Shown one piece after another: positions 30,775 to 45,331 of a stretch of DNA of 64,000 bases. The DNA comes from Eledone cirrhosa. Lineage: Eukaryota. The notes below the pieces were generated by a model, which saw only the letters and a program-made list of their open reading frames with translations, was not told the DNA's origin and searched no databases. Location: positions 188,914,001-188,978,000 of the forward strand of contig OZ024742.1 in NCBI GenBank assembly GCA_964016885.1, given 5' to 3'. The translations under genes were made by a program, and so were the position numbers. Every line of letters begins with the position of its first letter. Position 1 is the first letter of the stretch.

Positions 30775-30974
30775 NNNNNNNNNNNNNNNNNNNNNNNNNN
30801 NNNNNNNNNNNNNNNNNNNNNNNNNNNNNNNNNNNNNNNNNNNNNNNNNNNNNNNNNNNNNNNNNNNNNNNNNNNNNNNNNNNNNNNNNNNNNNNNNNNN
30901 NNNNNNNNNNNNNNNNNNNNNNNNNNNNNNNNNNNNNNNNNNNNNNNNNNNNNNNNNNNNNNNNNNNNNNNNNN
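30775..30974. other. Assembly gap (200 N)
   Basis: Run of n. Confidence 1.
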
Positions 30975-30990
30975 ACAGACACATACATAC

Positions 30991-31022
<32 letters not shown>

Positions 31023-31177
31023 ACATACATAAATGAATTTATTTTTGAGGCAATTTTTTTGAAAGTATTATGGCAATCAATATAATATTTTAAAAAAATA
31101 TATTAGAAGCCAAAACAGTTAGTTTCTAATCATATATACATATATGTATATAGTAAAAAATTGAGCGGGAACAATAT

Positions 31178-31325
<148 letters not shown>

Positions 31326-31631
31326 GTGTGTATGTGTGTGTGTGTGTCTGTGTCTGTGTGCCTGTGTGTCTGTGTGCGTATGTGTGTATAGATATATCTA
31401 AATATATATGTGTGTTTGTGCCTGTGTATATTTACAGGCGTAAGTGAAGCTAACCATAAACTAAATTTAAAACGAATCTTAGAACAGAGGCTACCCAAAT
31501 GATCATATCAATCCCTAGGTAGCTAAGTGCTACACAAGTGAGTCTGAAATGTGTATAAGTAATGAATACAGTAAACTACAATTGCTTACACACTTTTCTG
31601 ACTTATACATAATTAATCTAAATTGTCTACT

Positions 31632-32160
31632 CTCCTTCTTCTTCGCCCATCTATTCCTGATAGGGTGATGGTGGCAGAGTCCTCAAACAATCCTTCTAGC
31701 CGGTTCTGTCAGAAGTAACCGTCTGCATCTGATCCGGCTGGATCCCCAAGCGAGACCAGACAATCTCATGACTGTTACCCAACCATCTTGCTCGGAGTCT
31801 ATCCCTGGGTCTCCTGCCGGTCGGTGTTGTCCGTAAAATCTGTCCAGCTGTTCTTTCATGAGACATTCTAACCAACTAGATGACCATAGTATCAGTTCTG
31901 GAGTCTCCCAATTCATTGAAGTAGCGGCTGTACCTCGAGTGATACTTTAATCTCCGAGCTAGGCACTCTAAGGAGAAACATTACCCTAAAGACCCTTAGC
32001 AGGAATTCCATTTCGGCCGCTTCTATTTGCACTCCTATATTTTCGGTAATTATCCAAGATTCATGACCATAGGTAAGGGTTGGCACAAATATCGAATTGA
32101 AGATAGCGAGTTTGGCTTCTACACCTACCTCCCTTCTTCTGATTACCGAATGCTGAAGAT
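31632..32160 (-). pseudogene. 3' fragment of an RTE-like LINE
   Basis: Minus translation AKLAIFNSIFVPTLTYGHESW..QIEAAEMEFL resembles the RTE RT C-terminus; has stops and a short (GAA)n tail. Confidence 0.7.
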
Positions 32161-33074
32161 GTTATAGCCTATATATTTTATAATCTAGATACAGATTGAT
32201 CTATATACTTATTTATTTTTATATACCCTCGGGGTCAATGAGGCCTAGATTGAATATATCCAAATGTTCGGTTATTATATCTGTTTACCATAAGTAAGGT
32301 AACAATTCGAAACATCTAGAAGGCTTGCTAAATCATTGCAACTTTAATAACCATTCTGGGATAATATCTTACAGAATAATTAGAAAATTAAATAATTAAG
32401 ATGAATATCACTTAAGAATTAAAATGAAATATGGAGAATATAATTAGTTCCTAAATATAAAAGCTTATAATTATACGTAATATTGTATAATATAGGTCCA
32501 GTCGTACAATTAACTCTTAACGTAATTATCTTGTATGTATAAAAAAAGACAAACACACACATATACACTCACAAACATACATATATTATATATATGTGGG
32601 GGGGGCGCACGTGTGCGTGTGTGTGCGTGTGTGCGTGTGTGTGTGTGTATCCGTGCCTCGAACAGTTTTTCCCCCCGCCCCCGCATATTAAATTTTGCTA
32701 CTCTATCCCCAGCGAAATTATATTTTAGGTGGTAGCATTCCTGCGACAATTAATTGTCTTCATACATTGCGCATGACAAAAAAGTGCATTACTAGAAAGC
32801 CATACGTTGTAAAATAGATAAGATCAGTTGGGATTAAAATATATTAATTAAACGATCGGTTCTGGGTTTTTAACCTCGAAAAATCACCGATTTTCCAACC
32901 CCACCACTTATTCCGCAACCCGGGCTTATTTCAACTCCCCTGATTATTCCAATATTCTCCATGCTTATCTCCCCTCACAAACACACCTATTTTGGGGACG
33001 CGAAATATGTATATATATATATACTCGAACACTCGGACTAAACGCATACAATGGCACTACTATCATTGTTGCTT

Positions 33075-33232
33075 CGAACGCCATGCTTTGCAGCATAGAG
33101 TTACGACCCTTTACGATCTTAGTTCAAATCCTGCCGAGGTTCACTTTGACTTTCATCCTCACAGGGTCGATAAAATAAAGTACCGGTAATGCACTGCGGT
33201 ATTTGCTGGCCGTGTGCCAAAAGTAGAAACAG
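33075..33232 (+). mobile_element. tRNA-derived SINE copy
   Basis: AGTTCAAATCCTGCCGAGG..GGGTCGATAAAATAAAGTACC. Confidence 0.85.
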
Positions 33233-33639
33233 TTGTTGCTACGAATTCTATATCTACACCTACATTGTTGGTCATTGAAGAATATGGAAGTTTTACAGCG
33301 CCACATTCAATTATGTTTCTTACCACAGTGTGGCCTCATCTGTGATATTAGGCTGCAGAATTCGAGATGCTTCTTGAAAACATCTACATCGAGTCCATAA
33401 CGAACTCAACATACACGTGATTTTTTTCCAAAATATTCTTTAATCTGTTTCTTCCTCGTCTCACTCTCCTCCATATTTCTATTTCATCTTTTATTTCGCA
33501 TTCTATCTTCTGAACAAGGATTGACGTCCGAAAAGTTAATAATCTATATTCCTACTATATCAAGCGTTAAACTAATATGTATTTTCATTTTACTGTATTG
33601 TTTGACTTATCGTCTTCCGTTCACATTTCGCACACACAG

Positions 33640-33726
<87 letters not shown>

Positions 33727-34230
33727 ACCCCCCCCCCCCCACACACACACACACACACACATATATAGATGTGAGAAAAACCACAGACCCTCCATCTCAA
33801 CTCACCTTTTGAAAAGCAGAAGAACTGCGAAACCGGTAAAGGAACCAAATAAATATATATATTTTTAAAAAAAATAAGACTTCAGTTGCATTTTCGATTT
33901 CATCTCTTTTTCTTTATACTTCCACTCGTGTAGGACACCTCGGTTATTTTTCATTTTGTAAAAAAAACCTCACTTTCTAATATATATATATATATATGAA
34001 AAGATTCCGCAGCACGACGGTTGAGCTCCAGCCGTTTCGACAGCTACATCCGTCGGGTCGGGGTCCTCAATATTTTCATACGGGGTCCTCAATATTTTCA
34101 TATTATCCACTCTACTGCCCCAAGTATAGAGTACGCTGGTGAGTAATGATCTAGCTGGTTTTTACGACATCCTATCTGTCCAGTTGAATAATCGTCTTGC
34201 TAGTAATTTCATTAGTGTCATTTTATTCGT

Positions 34231-34358
<128 letters not shown>

Positions 34359-34771
34359 ATATATATATACACACATACACGCGAATAATACATATAATTA
34401 TATATATATATGTGTGTGTGTGTGTATATATATATATATACATACATACACGCGAACAATAACCTACTAATGAAATTACTAGCAAAACCATTATTCAACT
34501 GGACACTGACTTTTTAATAAAAAAAGAGTGTAAAGATTATTTATTACTTATAAATATTCTTGTCAACCACAAACCGTTATATGTCATTTGTACAATTACG
34601 TGAATACACACACTTAATAGCACACATACACACACATACACACACATACATACACACACACACATACTCATATATATATATATATAAATGAGGATTCTTT
34701 ACGCACACGTAACCCTCTTATTTTATTTTTATTTCTACTTTATATATTAATAATTTCATTATCTCATCTCA

Positions 34772-34893
34772 AGTTCCGAGGATCTGCTCCATAATATTAT
34801 TTTATGTTACTTATCTTTCTCTGCGCCAAATCAGTAACGATCTTACCTTCGATTGATCCAGAAATATATGGAGTAGTGAAACAATTGTAAACT
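34772..34893 (+). ncRNA. Hammerhead-like motif with CCGANGA core and long loop II
   Basis: AGTT-CCGAGGA-tCTGCTCC..(about 80 nt)..GGAGTAGt-GAAA-CAATTG-TA-AACT; homologue at 38151-38271 (-). Confidence 0.6.
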
Positions 34894-35109
34894 GACATTC
34901 TTATACTCTCTTTTTTATATTAAACTGCACTTAATGTTGATACTCATTGACTAATGTCTTCTATGTGAGTTTGTGGTCTTGATTTGCTTAACTACTGAAT
35001 ATATATATGTATGAATGAAGTAATTCCGTCGGAAAAGTCCAGGAAAAAAGAGTGCTCTATGTAGGTAACAGAGCTTAATAGTTATGTAATAAACAACATA
35101 ATATATATA

Positions 35110-35250
35110 TATTTATTAAAATAACAGATTAAAGTTTAAGCAAAGAATTGCTGTTTTCACCCTTAACGGGATCTTCTGAAACTGAAGATCCCGTTAAGGG
35201 TGAAAGCAGCGATTCTTTGCTTAAACTTTAATCTGTTATTTTAATAAATA
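35110..35250. repeat. Palindrome (about 67-bp arms) with a partial HHR motif
   Basis: Arms flank the spacer tgaaact; CTGAAGA-tCCCgttaaGGGt-GAAA at 35182-35205; cleavage triplet not canonical. Confidence 0.8.
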
Positions 35251-35334
35251 TTTGCTCTACGGTTCTTATATATTTGATATATATTTATCCTTATCGAGCC
35301 CTCTTTGGATTTTAGCCTTCAAATTTATTATTAT

Positions 35335-35371
<37 letters not shown>

Positions 35372-35434
35372 TATATATATATACATATATATCTGTGTGG
35401 GTTTATATATATATATAAGAAAACACACACACAT

Positions 35435-35492
<58 letters not shown>

Positions 35493-35496
35493 ATGT

Positions 35497-35619
<123 letters not shown>

Positions 35620-36141
35620 TTCTTGCAATTGCATACATGTCATATGAACATATATAACGTTTATACGAAAGAATTCATCTCCACAATCTCTCATATGATT
35701 CTATGGAATATATATATATTCCAACTTTCCCTTTGAAGCACATATTTCTATGTATATTTATATATATTTGAATAGAAGTTTATTTACATTATATATATGT
35801 ATACATCCTCACGCAAACAGAGGCCTACCGATTTCTAAAGCAGTTGTGCATACATATGAATAACCTCTCACACATTCAGATACACAAATTTCTTTCAAAT
35901 ATACTACGTCTAGAATATCTCTTTTATCGGTACTTCATTAGAAATTCGTGTTGTATTGGCTGATAATGGATTAAAATAGTCTTGACGTTAACGGAATGTA
36001 AAACACCTGTCCAACATTGAAACAGAGTGAGAAATACTGAAAAACAAGTAATTTAGTAGTTTTTGAAGAGTTAGAAATAGGATTTTTTTTTTCTATTTTT
36101 TTTACTGCAAAGGGGAAATATAACCACGTGCACGGGCTTGT

Positions 36142-36235
<94 letters not shown>

Positions 36236-36239
36236 ACAT

Positions 36240-36295
<56 letters not shown>

Positions 36296-36785
36296 TATAT
36301 CGACACACATACTCAGATGCACACACACACACACACACGCAGACATATGTATATGAGTCTGCGTATGTGAGTGTGTGTGTGCATATGAGTATGTGTCGAT
36401 AGAGAGTGAGAGGGAGAAAGAAAGAGGGAGTAAAAGAGGGGGAGAAAGTGAGAGGGATGAATCCGTGATAAAGATGCTAATATCAAATACCACAATATGT
36501 TTTCAGAGGTGGGAAAATCTACATACAAAAAGGCAACTATACAATATGAGAGGTGATATTTCTTGCTTTCTGCAGTAGGAGATATGGCACTCTGGCATCT
36601 CTGACCTCAAGTTTTCTAACCATCTGACCTCAGATCAGTAATAAAGTTAGTGGAACGCATCTAGCATGAAGCTTACATTTATACTGCCACTACGATATCT
36701 AGTTTCTGAGATTTATGTTGGTTTCTTGATACAGACAAACACACACACATACATACACACACACAGACACACACATATATATATA

Positions 36786-36965
36786 TACGAGGGTAATCCC
36801 AAAAGTAAGGTCTCCTTCTGATATTGCAACTTTTCCGTTAAAATCCTGTGGATGGTGCTTCGGGAAACCTCAGGAACCAAAATGTAGAGAGCATCCAGGG
36901 TGATCCGCCGATCTTTACGCATGTTTGCCTCGAAAGGAGACCTTACTTTTGGGATTTCCCTCGTA
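36786..36965 (-). mobile_element. Internally deleted mariner element
   Basis: TA-flanked TIRs CGAGGGTAATCCCAAAAGTAAGGTCTCC; interior encodes DRRITLDAL..VSRSTIHRILTEKLQYQK (mariner transposase HTH-like). Confidence 0.85.
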
Positions 36966-36967
36966 TA

Positions 36968-37183
36968 TAATAACTTCGCGAAATTCGCACTTGGCGGTAG
37001 CGTTCAATGGGAGCTCCATTCTCAACGGCTGCCAAGCCAAGATTGAGCATCCCAGCGAAGCGCGCGCATGCTTGTTTGGGAGTGAAGGAAGCACCAATCA
37101 ATACAGTGTTGCCAACAGCCGTACGAACAGTTTCTCTGCGTCCCCATCACTTTAGAAACCTTTCTTTTGGGATTACCCTCGTA
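36968..37183 (-). mobile_element. 5' end of a related mariner (one TIR plus transposase start)
   Basis: TIR at 37155-37183; MELPLNATAKCEFREVI. Confidence 0.75.
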
Positions 37184-37200
37184 TATATATATATATATAT

Positions 37201-37407
37201 ATTAGAAAATAGAATAGCTTTCACCGTATTTTTCACTAAAGGAATTCTAGCCTGATAATGGGGTTTAGAACCCTCAGATAAATGGAAAAAGATGAGTGTT
37301 CTACGTCAATACTCATCTTTTTCCATTTATCTGAGGGTTCTAAACCCCATTATCAGGCTAAAATTCCTTTAGTCAAAAATACGGTGAAAGCTATTCTATT
37401 TTCTAAT
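37201..37407. repeat. Palindrome (about 96-bp arms)
   Basis: 37201-37296 is the reverse complement of 37312-37407 with few mismatches. Confidence 0.9.
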
Positions 37408-37485
37408 TTCAAACCTACTCACTGTTTCAAAACATACTTACTTGATATATATATATATATATATATATTGGTGTGTGTGTGTATG

Positions 37486-37533
<48 letters not shown>

Positions 37534-37555
37534 CTCTAAGGTTCATATATAATTT

Positions 37556-37641
<86 letters not shown>

Positions 37642-37802
37642 TATATATGAACCTTAGAGCAAATATTTTAGTTTCAGAAGATCCCGTTAAGGGTGAAAGC
37701 AGCGATTCTTTGCTTAAACTTTAATCTGTTATTTTAATAAATATATATCATTTTAGTAAGTAAGTTAATTTTTAAAATGTTTTAAAATTTTCTTATTTTA
37801 CG

Positions 37803-37881
<79 letters not shown>

Positions 37882-38150
37882 AATGAAGTAATTCCATCGG
37901 AAAAGTCCAGGAAAAAAGAGTGCTCTATGTATGCAACAGAGCTTAATTATTATTATTATGTAATAATATGTTGTTTATTACATAATAATAATAATAATAT
38001 ATATATATATATATATATATTCATTAGTTAAGCAAAACAAGACCACAAATTTCACAAGGAAGACATTATTAAAAGATTGTCAACATATTTAGTTTGATGT
38101 AAGGAATGTAGAGAATAATAATAATAATAATATTAATAATAATAATGCCC

Positions 38151-38271
38151 GTTTACAATTGTTTCGCTACTCCGTATAATATTTCTGGATCAGATGACTA
38201 TGTATCATAATTGATCTGGTTCAGTTGAAAATAATTAACATATTTAAAAAAACAGAGTGGCTCATCGGAAC
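38151..38271 (-). ncRNA. Hammerhead-like motif with CCGATGA core and long loop II
   Basis: GTT-CCGATGA-GCCACTC..GAGTAGC-GAAA-CAATTG-TA-AAC. Confidence 0.6.
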
Positions 38272-38419
38272 TCAAAGGAATATAAATTAAAATAATGTTA
38301 CATAATATAATGTTCCATATATTAGTTTTTACTATTGTGCCTTTGTTTCATCACCAATCTTTCCTCTCATATCTCCTCTACTATCTCAATCTCTCTCTTT
38401 AAGATTGGTTACTCTTGAA

Positions 38420-38505
<86 letters not shown>

Positions 38506-38703
38506 AGTGTAATTTTCTACACAAAACGAAGGTTATAGAGAAAATTGAGGTTGGTAATGGCACATAAGATGGCTTTTGCAGACCCATCGAAACCGGTCAT
38601 TTTTTATACCCTTTATTATTTCCTTACCTTATAAAATGATATGTTTTTTCACAAAAAAGTATTCTGTCTCTTATATATTCCATGTGCCATTACCAACCTC
38701 AAT

Positions 38704-38901
<198 letters not shown>

Positions 38902-38908
38902 GCATAGT

Positions 38909-39186
38909 GGAGGCGCGTGGCCTAGTGGTAAGATTGTTGGACTTACGATCATAATGTCGTGGGTTCGATTCCTGGCTTGCGTGTTGTGTTCTTGATCAAA
39001 ACACTTCATTTCACGTTGCTCCAGTATACTCAACTGAAAGTGAGTCCCAGCAATAGCTGGAGGTTTAGCCCTGCGATGAACTGGCGTCCTGTCCAGGAGG
39101 GGATCTTGTACTCTTAGTCGCTTCACGCCAGGAAACCGGGATAAGCACCGGCCAAATGAGCCTTCTGGCCTAAGACAGACTTTAGA

Positions 39187-39190
<4 letters not shown>
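38909..39190 (+). mobile_element. tRNA-derived SINE, second family
   Basis: A box TGGCCTAGTGG, B box GGTTCGATTCC, then a non-tRNA body and an AGACTTT repeat tail. Confidence 0.85.
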
Positions 39191-39217
<27 letters not shown>

Positions 39218-39675
39218 GCAGATATAAAGCGTGTGCATTTGTGTGGGTATGTGTTTATGTGTGTTATGTTGACTTCTGCCAAGGTCTGCTATCTTATATA
39301 TCACTAGTATTTTGATAAACATATATAAATGTTTGTCTTGTGATACTGATAGAAATGTATATAATCTCGTTTTCTTTTCATCATTAATATATAAATTACA
39401 ATATAATTATCGACTGTAAGAATTTGTATTTTCAAATCAACACCTTCAATAGTGTCATTAGTTTTTATGGCATTAGTCTTAAGCTACAGCACCATAACCA
39501 ATAATTTTATTCAAAATCATTGTCATAATTGTAATCTACCCTCTGTTACCATTGAAGTAAAATGAATGTAAGGTTTGTTTACAAGGTCTTTTGCTATTTA
39601 TTTACTCTTTTTGAAAATATATTTTTTCGCTATAATTTTTTAGTGTCCACATTTTACATTTTCAAAGTCTTCTCC

Positions 39676-39730
<55 letters not shown>

Positions 39731-39736
39731 AAAAGT

Positions 39737-39930
39737 ATGACTCCGACGGCAGAGCTCAAGCCGTTTCGACGGCTATTTCTGGCTATTTCTGGAGTTCAGA
39801 AATAGCCGTCGAAACGGCTTGAGCTCTGCCGTCGGGGCCATATGTTGTCCTATTTCCCATTCTACTACCCTAAGTATTGAGTACTCTGGTGCGTTATGGT
39901 CCATCTGCTTCCTTAAACACAATTCCTTTG
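39737..39930. mobile_element. Short palindrome plus tail; family also at 34005-34165 and 47580-47750
   Basis: Arms 39738-39780/39798-39841; shared tail CTAAGTATTGAGTACTCTGGTG; contains the HHR 3' half GAAAC-GGC..GCC-GTC. Confidence 0.75.
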
Positions 39931-40241
39931 ATATATATATATATATATTGTGTGTGTGTGTTTATGTGTACGTATGGGCGTGTGTATGTGTTAAGTATTT
40001 ATGTAGAAAAGGTAAAGGAAAGAAGAGTGCTCTATGTATTGTACTATGTATTGTACTATGTATAGTACTATGTATAGTACTATGTATATATATATATACA
40101 CGTTCTTAATGTTATATTATTGGAATAAAATCTGAATTTTTAGAAAGGAAAAGACGTTTCAGGGCTATTCGTTGCCACACAATTAAGGAAGATTTCTAAT
40201 CCGACTATGCACTTATATTTTGTGTCTAAACTATATATAGT

Positions 40242-40321
<80 letters not shown>

Positions 40322-40480
40322 CTTCTCTCTCCTTCTCTCTCCCTATCTGTCTCTTTCTCTCTCTCCTTCGCCCCCTCTCTCTCTTATTAATATATATATA
40401 TATATATATGCAAAAATTCTATTTAAATTGTTGGGATACAACAAGCAAATATTTTTACAACTGATATAAAGCACTCGACA

Positions 40481-41010
40481 ATATACGATATTAATAAATG
40501 GAAACTATATTTATAAAACCATATTTATTTCATTATACATATTTCAAGGATACCATGTTAAATTATGGTATGCCTTCATCAGACAAAATACAATATATAC
40601 CAGTTTTATAAATAAACATTGACGTACCCTTTCAAAATTCAACCGTTACTTTTGGAAGACATCAGGTTAGTGGTTTGTTTATTTTAGTAAGTCGTTGTGT
40701 TAAGGAGAAGGAAAAAGACGGAGATAGAGAGAAACCGAAAGAGATAAAAGTGGAGAAAAGAAAGGGAGAGATAAATAAATTTAATCCTTAAAACAACGAC
40801 TTACTAAAATAAACAAACCACTATCCTGATGTCTTCCAAAAGTAACGGTTGCATTTTGAAAGGGTACGTCAATGTTTATTTATAAAACTGATATATATTG
40901 TATTTTGTCTGATGAAGGCATACCATAATTTAACATGGTATCCTTGAAATATGTATAATGAAATAAATATGGTTTTATAAATATAGTTTCCATTTATTAA
41001 TATCGTATAT
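40481..41010. mobile_element. Fold-back element (about 225-bp arms, purine-rich spacer)
   Basis: 40481-40706 is the reverse complement of 40784-41010. Confidence 0.92.
40901..40965 (+). ncRNA. Minimal type I hammerhead motif (mirror copy about 40526-40590 on -)
   Basis: TATTTTGT-CTGATGA-AGGcATACCATaatttaacATGGTATCCTt-GAAA-TATGTA-TA-ATGAAATA. Confidence 0.85.
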
Positions 41011-41212
41011 ATATATATATAATAGAAAAAATGAGGAAGTATTGTTTACATATGAAAACTATTTATTGCATATCGACCGTACAACCCTCTCTCTCTCCCT
41101 CTCTCTCTCCTTCTCTCTCTCTCTATATATATATATAGATAATCGTGTGGTTGTGTATGTGTACATGTATCTATGTGCGAATTGGATGTTTGTGATCGTG
41201 TTATTTTATATA

Positions 41213-41420
41213 CGGATTGGCAAAATCGGTAGATCATCGGACAAAATGTCATGCAGAATTTAGTTACCGCTTTCTAGGCTCTGAGTTCAATTCGGCAATG
41301 GTCATTATTGCCTTCATTACTCCGGGGTTGATAACATAATTTAGTTCTCAAGTACCGGGTCAATTTAACCATCTTTATCGCCACCTACATTTGCTGGCCT
41401 TCTGCCTAAATAAGAAATCA
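41213..41420 (+). mobile_element. Diverged tRNA-derived SINE copy
   Basis: GGATTGGCAAAATCGGTAGA..CTGAGTTCAATTC head and a matching body. Confidence 0.65.
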
Positions 41421-42315
41421 TTGTTTAGTGCAACCAAACAAGATATTTGCAGTCCATTTCTAATGTAATATTAAAGACTTGTCCAAGCCCAGAGACTGAT
41501 TACCCCGACACTTCCCGTCGCAAGTATAAAAACCACACCCTTGACGTTTCTGCTTCAAAATTTTCTTGCAGATTGAACTGGATCAAGGCGGAAGTAAGTG
41601 TATTGCTGAGGGGTTCTAGGCCTCCGTATCCGAGATCTTATAATCGTAAGCTTAACAACCTATCCAGTTGGCTTTATCTAGGGTAAGCAACGATATAATC
41701 AGTTATGTGACGTTCCGGAGTTATACACCCTTTCTGTTTGAAACTTTATAAACAGCAACAATCACATCATCAAACTGTATAAGCTACAATTGTTGAAATT
41801 TAGAACAAAAATGCTTGTAATATAAATACATAGGCGGAATTCTATTTACAACTTAATCTAAAGCACATTATCTCATCATCTTGGAACTTTAGATCTTTCA
41901 ACATTTTGGTAAATTCAAGACATGCTCTAGACAAACAATCTGCAAGGGAATAAATATTATATGAAGATGTTGCTTCATTCTTCCTAATCAGATTTATTTC
42001 AGTTCAGTTCGTTTTATTTTTATTTTATATACGTCTTCTTTTCCTCTTCAGCTTCTTCTAGTATATATCTTATAGATATTTTCCCTGGAGTTTTTTATTT
42101 AGACATTTTAAATCACGTCTCGTTTTTATTCTTTATACATATATATATATATATATAGAAAAGAAATAAGATTTCGCTTCAAGCATAGCTTTATGCAATA
42201 TGTATAAGAATTTCGTATGTCAAAAGAAATACGGTTTTAGGAAGCCGTAGCTATGCAAACACCGGGGGGGGGGGTAAAGCCCTCTGGTGATGTCCAGCAG
42301 AAGCAAGGGGCACAA

Positions 42316-42357
42316 CCGTCTATGCATTTCAAGCTTAACTGGCCTTCGTCAGGACGA
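42316..42357 (-). ncRNA. Minimal type I hammerhead motif
   Basis: TCGTC-CTGACGA-AGGCcagttaaGCTT-GAAA-TGCA-TA-GACGG, nested in a longer hairpin (42292-42386). Confidence 0.88.
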
Positions 42358-42427
42358 TCCCTCCCACCGCTTGCTACTGCTGGACAAGAAGACAGCCGAG
42401 AATATATAGTTATCTCGTGTGTGTGTG

Positions 42428-42478
<51 letters not shown>

Positions 42479-43713
42479 TACGTTATATTGTAAAATACAG
42501 AGAAGAATGGTAGTGTTCCATATCTGTTTCTGAATTCAAGCAAGAGTGAGAAGTTAACAAAATCCGTTCGCAATCTTGAGATATCAGTATCGAACCAACT
42601 GTGTGGCGTCTTGGGCAAGTATATATAGTATAGCTTAAGTCCGACTTAATACTGTGATTGAAATTGTGTAGATGGAAACTGGGTGGAAGCCTGTATGATT
42701 GTGTCTGCAATCCAAGGGTCCAGCTTTAACCTGTATAGTTAAGAGTACGCATGTAACTGGCATATTCAGTCATTTACATCTTAATTTACGATTTGAGGTC
42801 TCAGTTGGTTGAACAACTGCTCAAGAAATCATCATGCATGTGGCTCAACATACCACCGACATGTGTACACTTAACATAGTTGAATAGAGTTTCAAATTGA
42901 CTCAGGTTTTGAAACTTCTGGCACTTTGAAATGCAGACACTTCCATTGATGGACGCTGAAATATAGGAAATATATGAAATATAATTTCTTGCTTTCTGCA
43001 TGAAATGCATATATGGCACTTCTGCAAATTCTTAAACGCTTATTGCTATAATTAAAACAGTTTCTTTTCTGAACTAATCCAATATGTGAACAACAACAAA
43101 AGTACAAATAAATAATACGTAAATAAGCGTTGATGTTATCTCTCTTTCAATCACTGCTTCCATCTCTCTCGCTCTGCTCTCCCCATATCTCACTATTATA
43201 AGCAAATGGAGGCCCATACGCTGGCCGCCCCGCGGCTCCTGCGGGAAGAATAGTAAGGACGTCCACAATAATCCGGTATTTGAACTCTATATTTGAACTT
43301 TATTATACGATCGGCGTTCGAACAACCCTCATGGCAAACAAATCATATTTTTCCAACCATTGATATCAGTCTGACAATTAGTTTGCTACAGAGAAATATC
43401 AGTAAAAAGAGTTCGTGAATAGAAATGTCGTTATATTCATAAATGTTTACCATTATATTTTCTAAATGGTATTATTCAAAGATAGATTGAGAAAATCTGG
43501 TTTATAGATGGAACTATAAAAACTATAGATTATGTGTATCATCAGTTCATGTGTTCCAATACGAAGACTACTTCCATTTCAATGGTTTCTAACTGAACAT
43601 TTTACTTTAGCAACGCAATTCTAAGGATATATATATATTTATATTGATATCTAGACATCACAGTAATAGACTTGATTTTAATCATGTACATATACACACA
43701 CACGTGTCGTGTT

Positions 43714-43802
<89 letters not shown>

Positions 43803-43809
43803 GTATATA

Positions 43810-43875
<66 letters not shown>

Positions 43876-43892
43876 CATACATATATATATAT

Positions 43893-43940
<48 letters not shown>

Positions 43941-43965
43941 TATGAACATATACACACACACACAC

Positions 43966-44029
<64 letters not shown>

Positions 44030-44924
44030 GTATGTATATAAATATATATATAGTCTAGTAAAATGATGCGTGTGTGTGTCCGCGTTTATTTGCAACCATT
44101 CTTGTAGTGCAGGATACCGCCAATAAGTCTATTGCAAAGAAAATTTCATTTTAATTTATTTTTTGTACGATTTTTTCCACAGTTATGATCAATGATTTCC
44201 GTTCAGCTTCAAAAGTGAAAAAAACGTATTTTACACAATAAGCCGCCATATTTCTTCAAACCAACGCCGTTTTATTTCTTATATTGAATGTATTATTATC
44301 TTGTCTTCGACATTTAGATGCGCTGTGAATAAAAGTCTGTCAATACGTGATTACTGTTGTTGTTGTTGTTGTTGTTGTTGTTACTGTTGTTGTTACTGCT
44401 GTTACTGCTGTTGTTAATGTTGTTGTTGTTGTTACTTCTGTTGTTACTGTTGCTGTATAGTTCAAATTGAGACAATTGTTAAATCATTTATTGTAAATGA
44501 GATGACAAATATCTCTATCGAGTCACAATTGAATAGACATATTTTTTAACGAAGTCTATAAATATTCATTACTCAAATCTGTATTTATTCATCAGATGGT
44601 CTGCAATTCGTGTTTTGCGATTACCTCCCATCTCACATTACCCGTGAAGGTTTTTCAATGTTGTCACTTGGGTTACTAGAAATATCATTCAGATCTTCCT
44701 AAAAAACATACACAGCCATCTTTAAAACGTAAGGCAGATCAGATAATATAGTTCTAGTTCTAAAATCCTGAAACTCAACGAAAGTATATATATCACGACT
44801 AGAACAGCTTTCATTAGGTGATCGATCAGAGATGACATATGCTTAAACAACATCAATAACCACAATGGCCAGTATAATGATTATTTCTGAAAATACTATT
44901 TCAAAGTCTGTATTATTAGATGAG

Positions 44925-45065
44925 CGGGAGAATTGGCAGAGTTGGTAGGATGTCGGATGGAATGGTTTGCGGCGTTTATTCCGGGTCTCTGTGCTTCTAG
45001 TTCGAAATTCGCCGATATCAACTGTGCCATTCATTATTTCGAGGTTGATAAATATGGGATCAGTC
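44925..45065 (+). mobile_element. Diverged tRNA-derived SINE copy
   Basis: TGGCAGAGTTGGTAG..AGTTCGAAATTCGCCGA. Confidence 0.6.
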
Positions 45066-45331
45066 TTTACATAGCTCGATTCTTTGTCCATATTATTTGT
45101 TCTCTCTCTCTCTCTCGCTCTCTCTCTCTCCAACTGTGTTCAGTCTGATGATGACGCTATGTCATGTCTCAACGGTGACACTAATTAACCGTCTCCATCA
45201 AATATTTCCGCTTCCTTGTCTCCGATTCTGGATTGCTACTATATCACCCATTTAGTGTTACACATTAATAATTCATAAGAAACATGTTGGAAACACACAC
45301 ACACTCTTTCTGCCACTCAGTTATAATAATT

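Noticed and set aside
38909-38980. tRNA gene
   Set aside because: A and B boxes are present, but the acceptor stem is poor and it continues into a SINE body.
45146-45170. CTGATGA followed by a small hairpin
   Set aside because: No GAAA or cleavage triplet follows; the same applies to CTGATGA at 50219.
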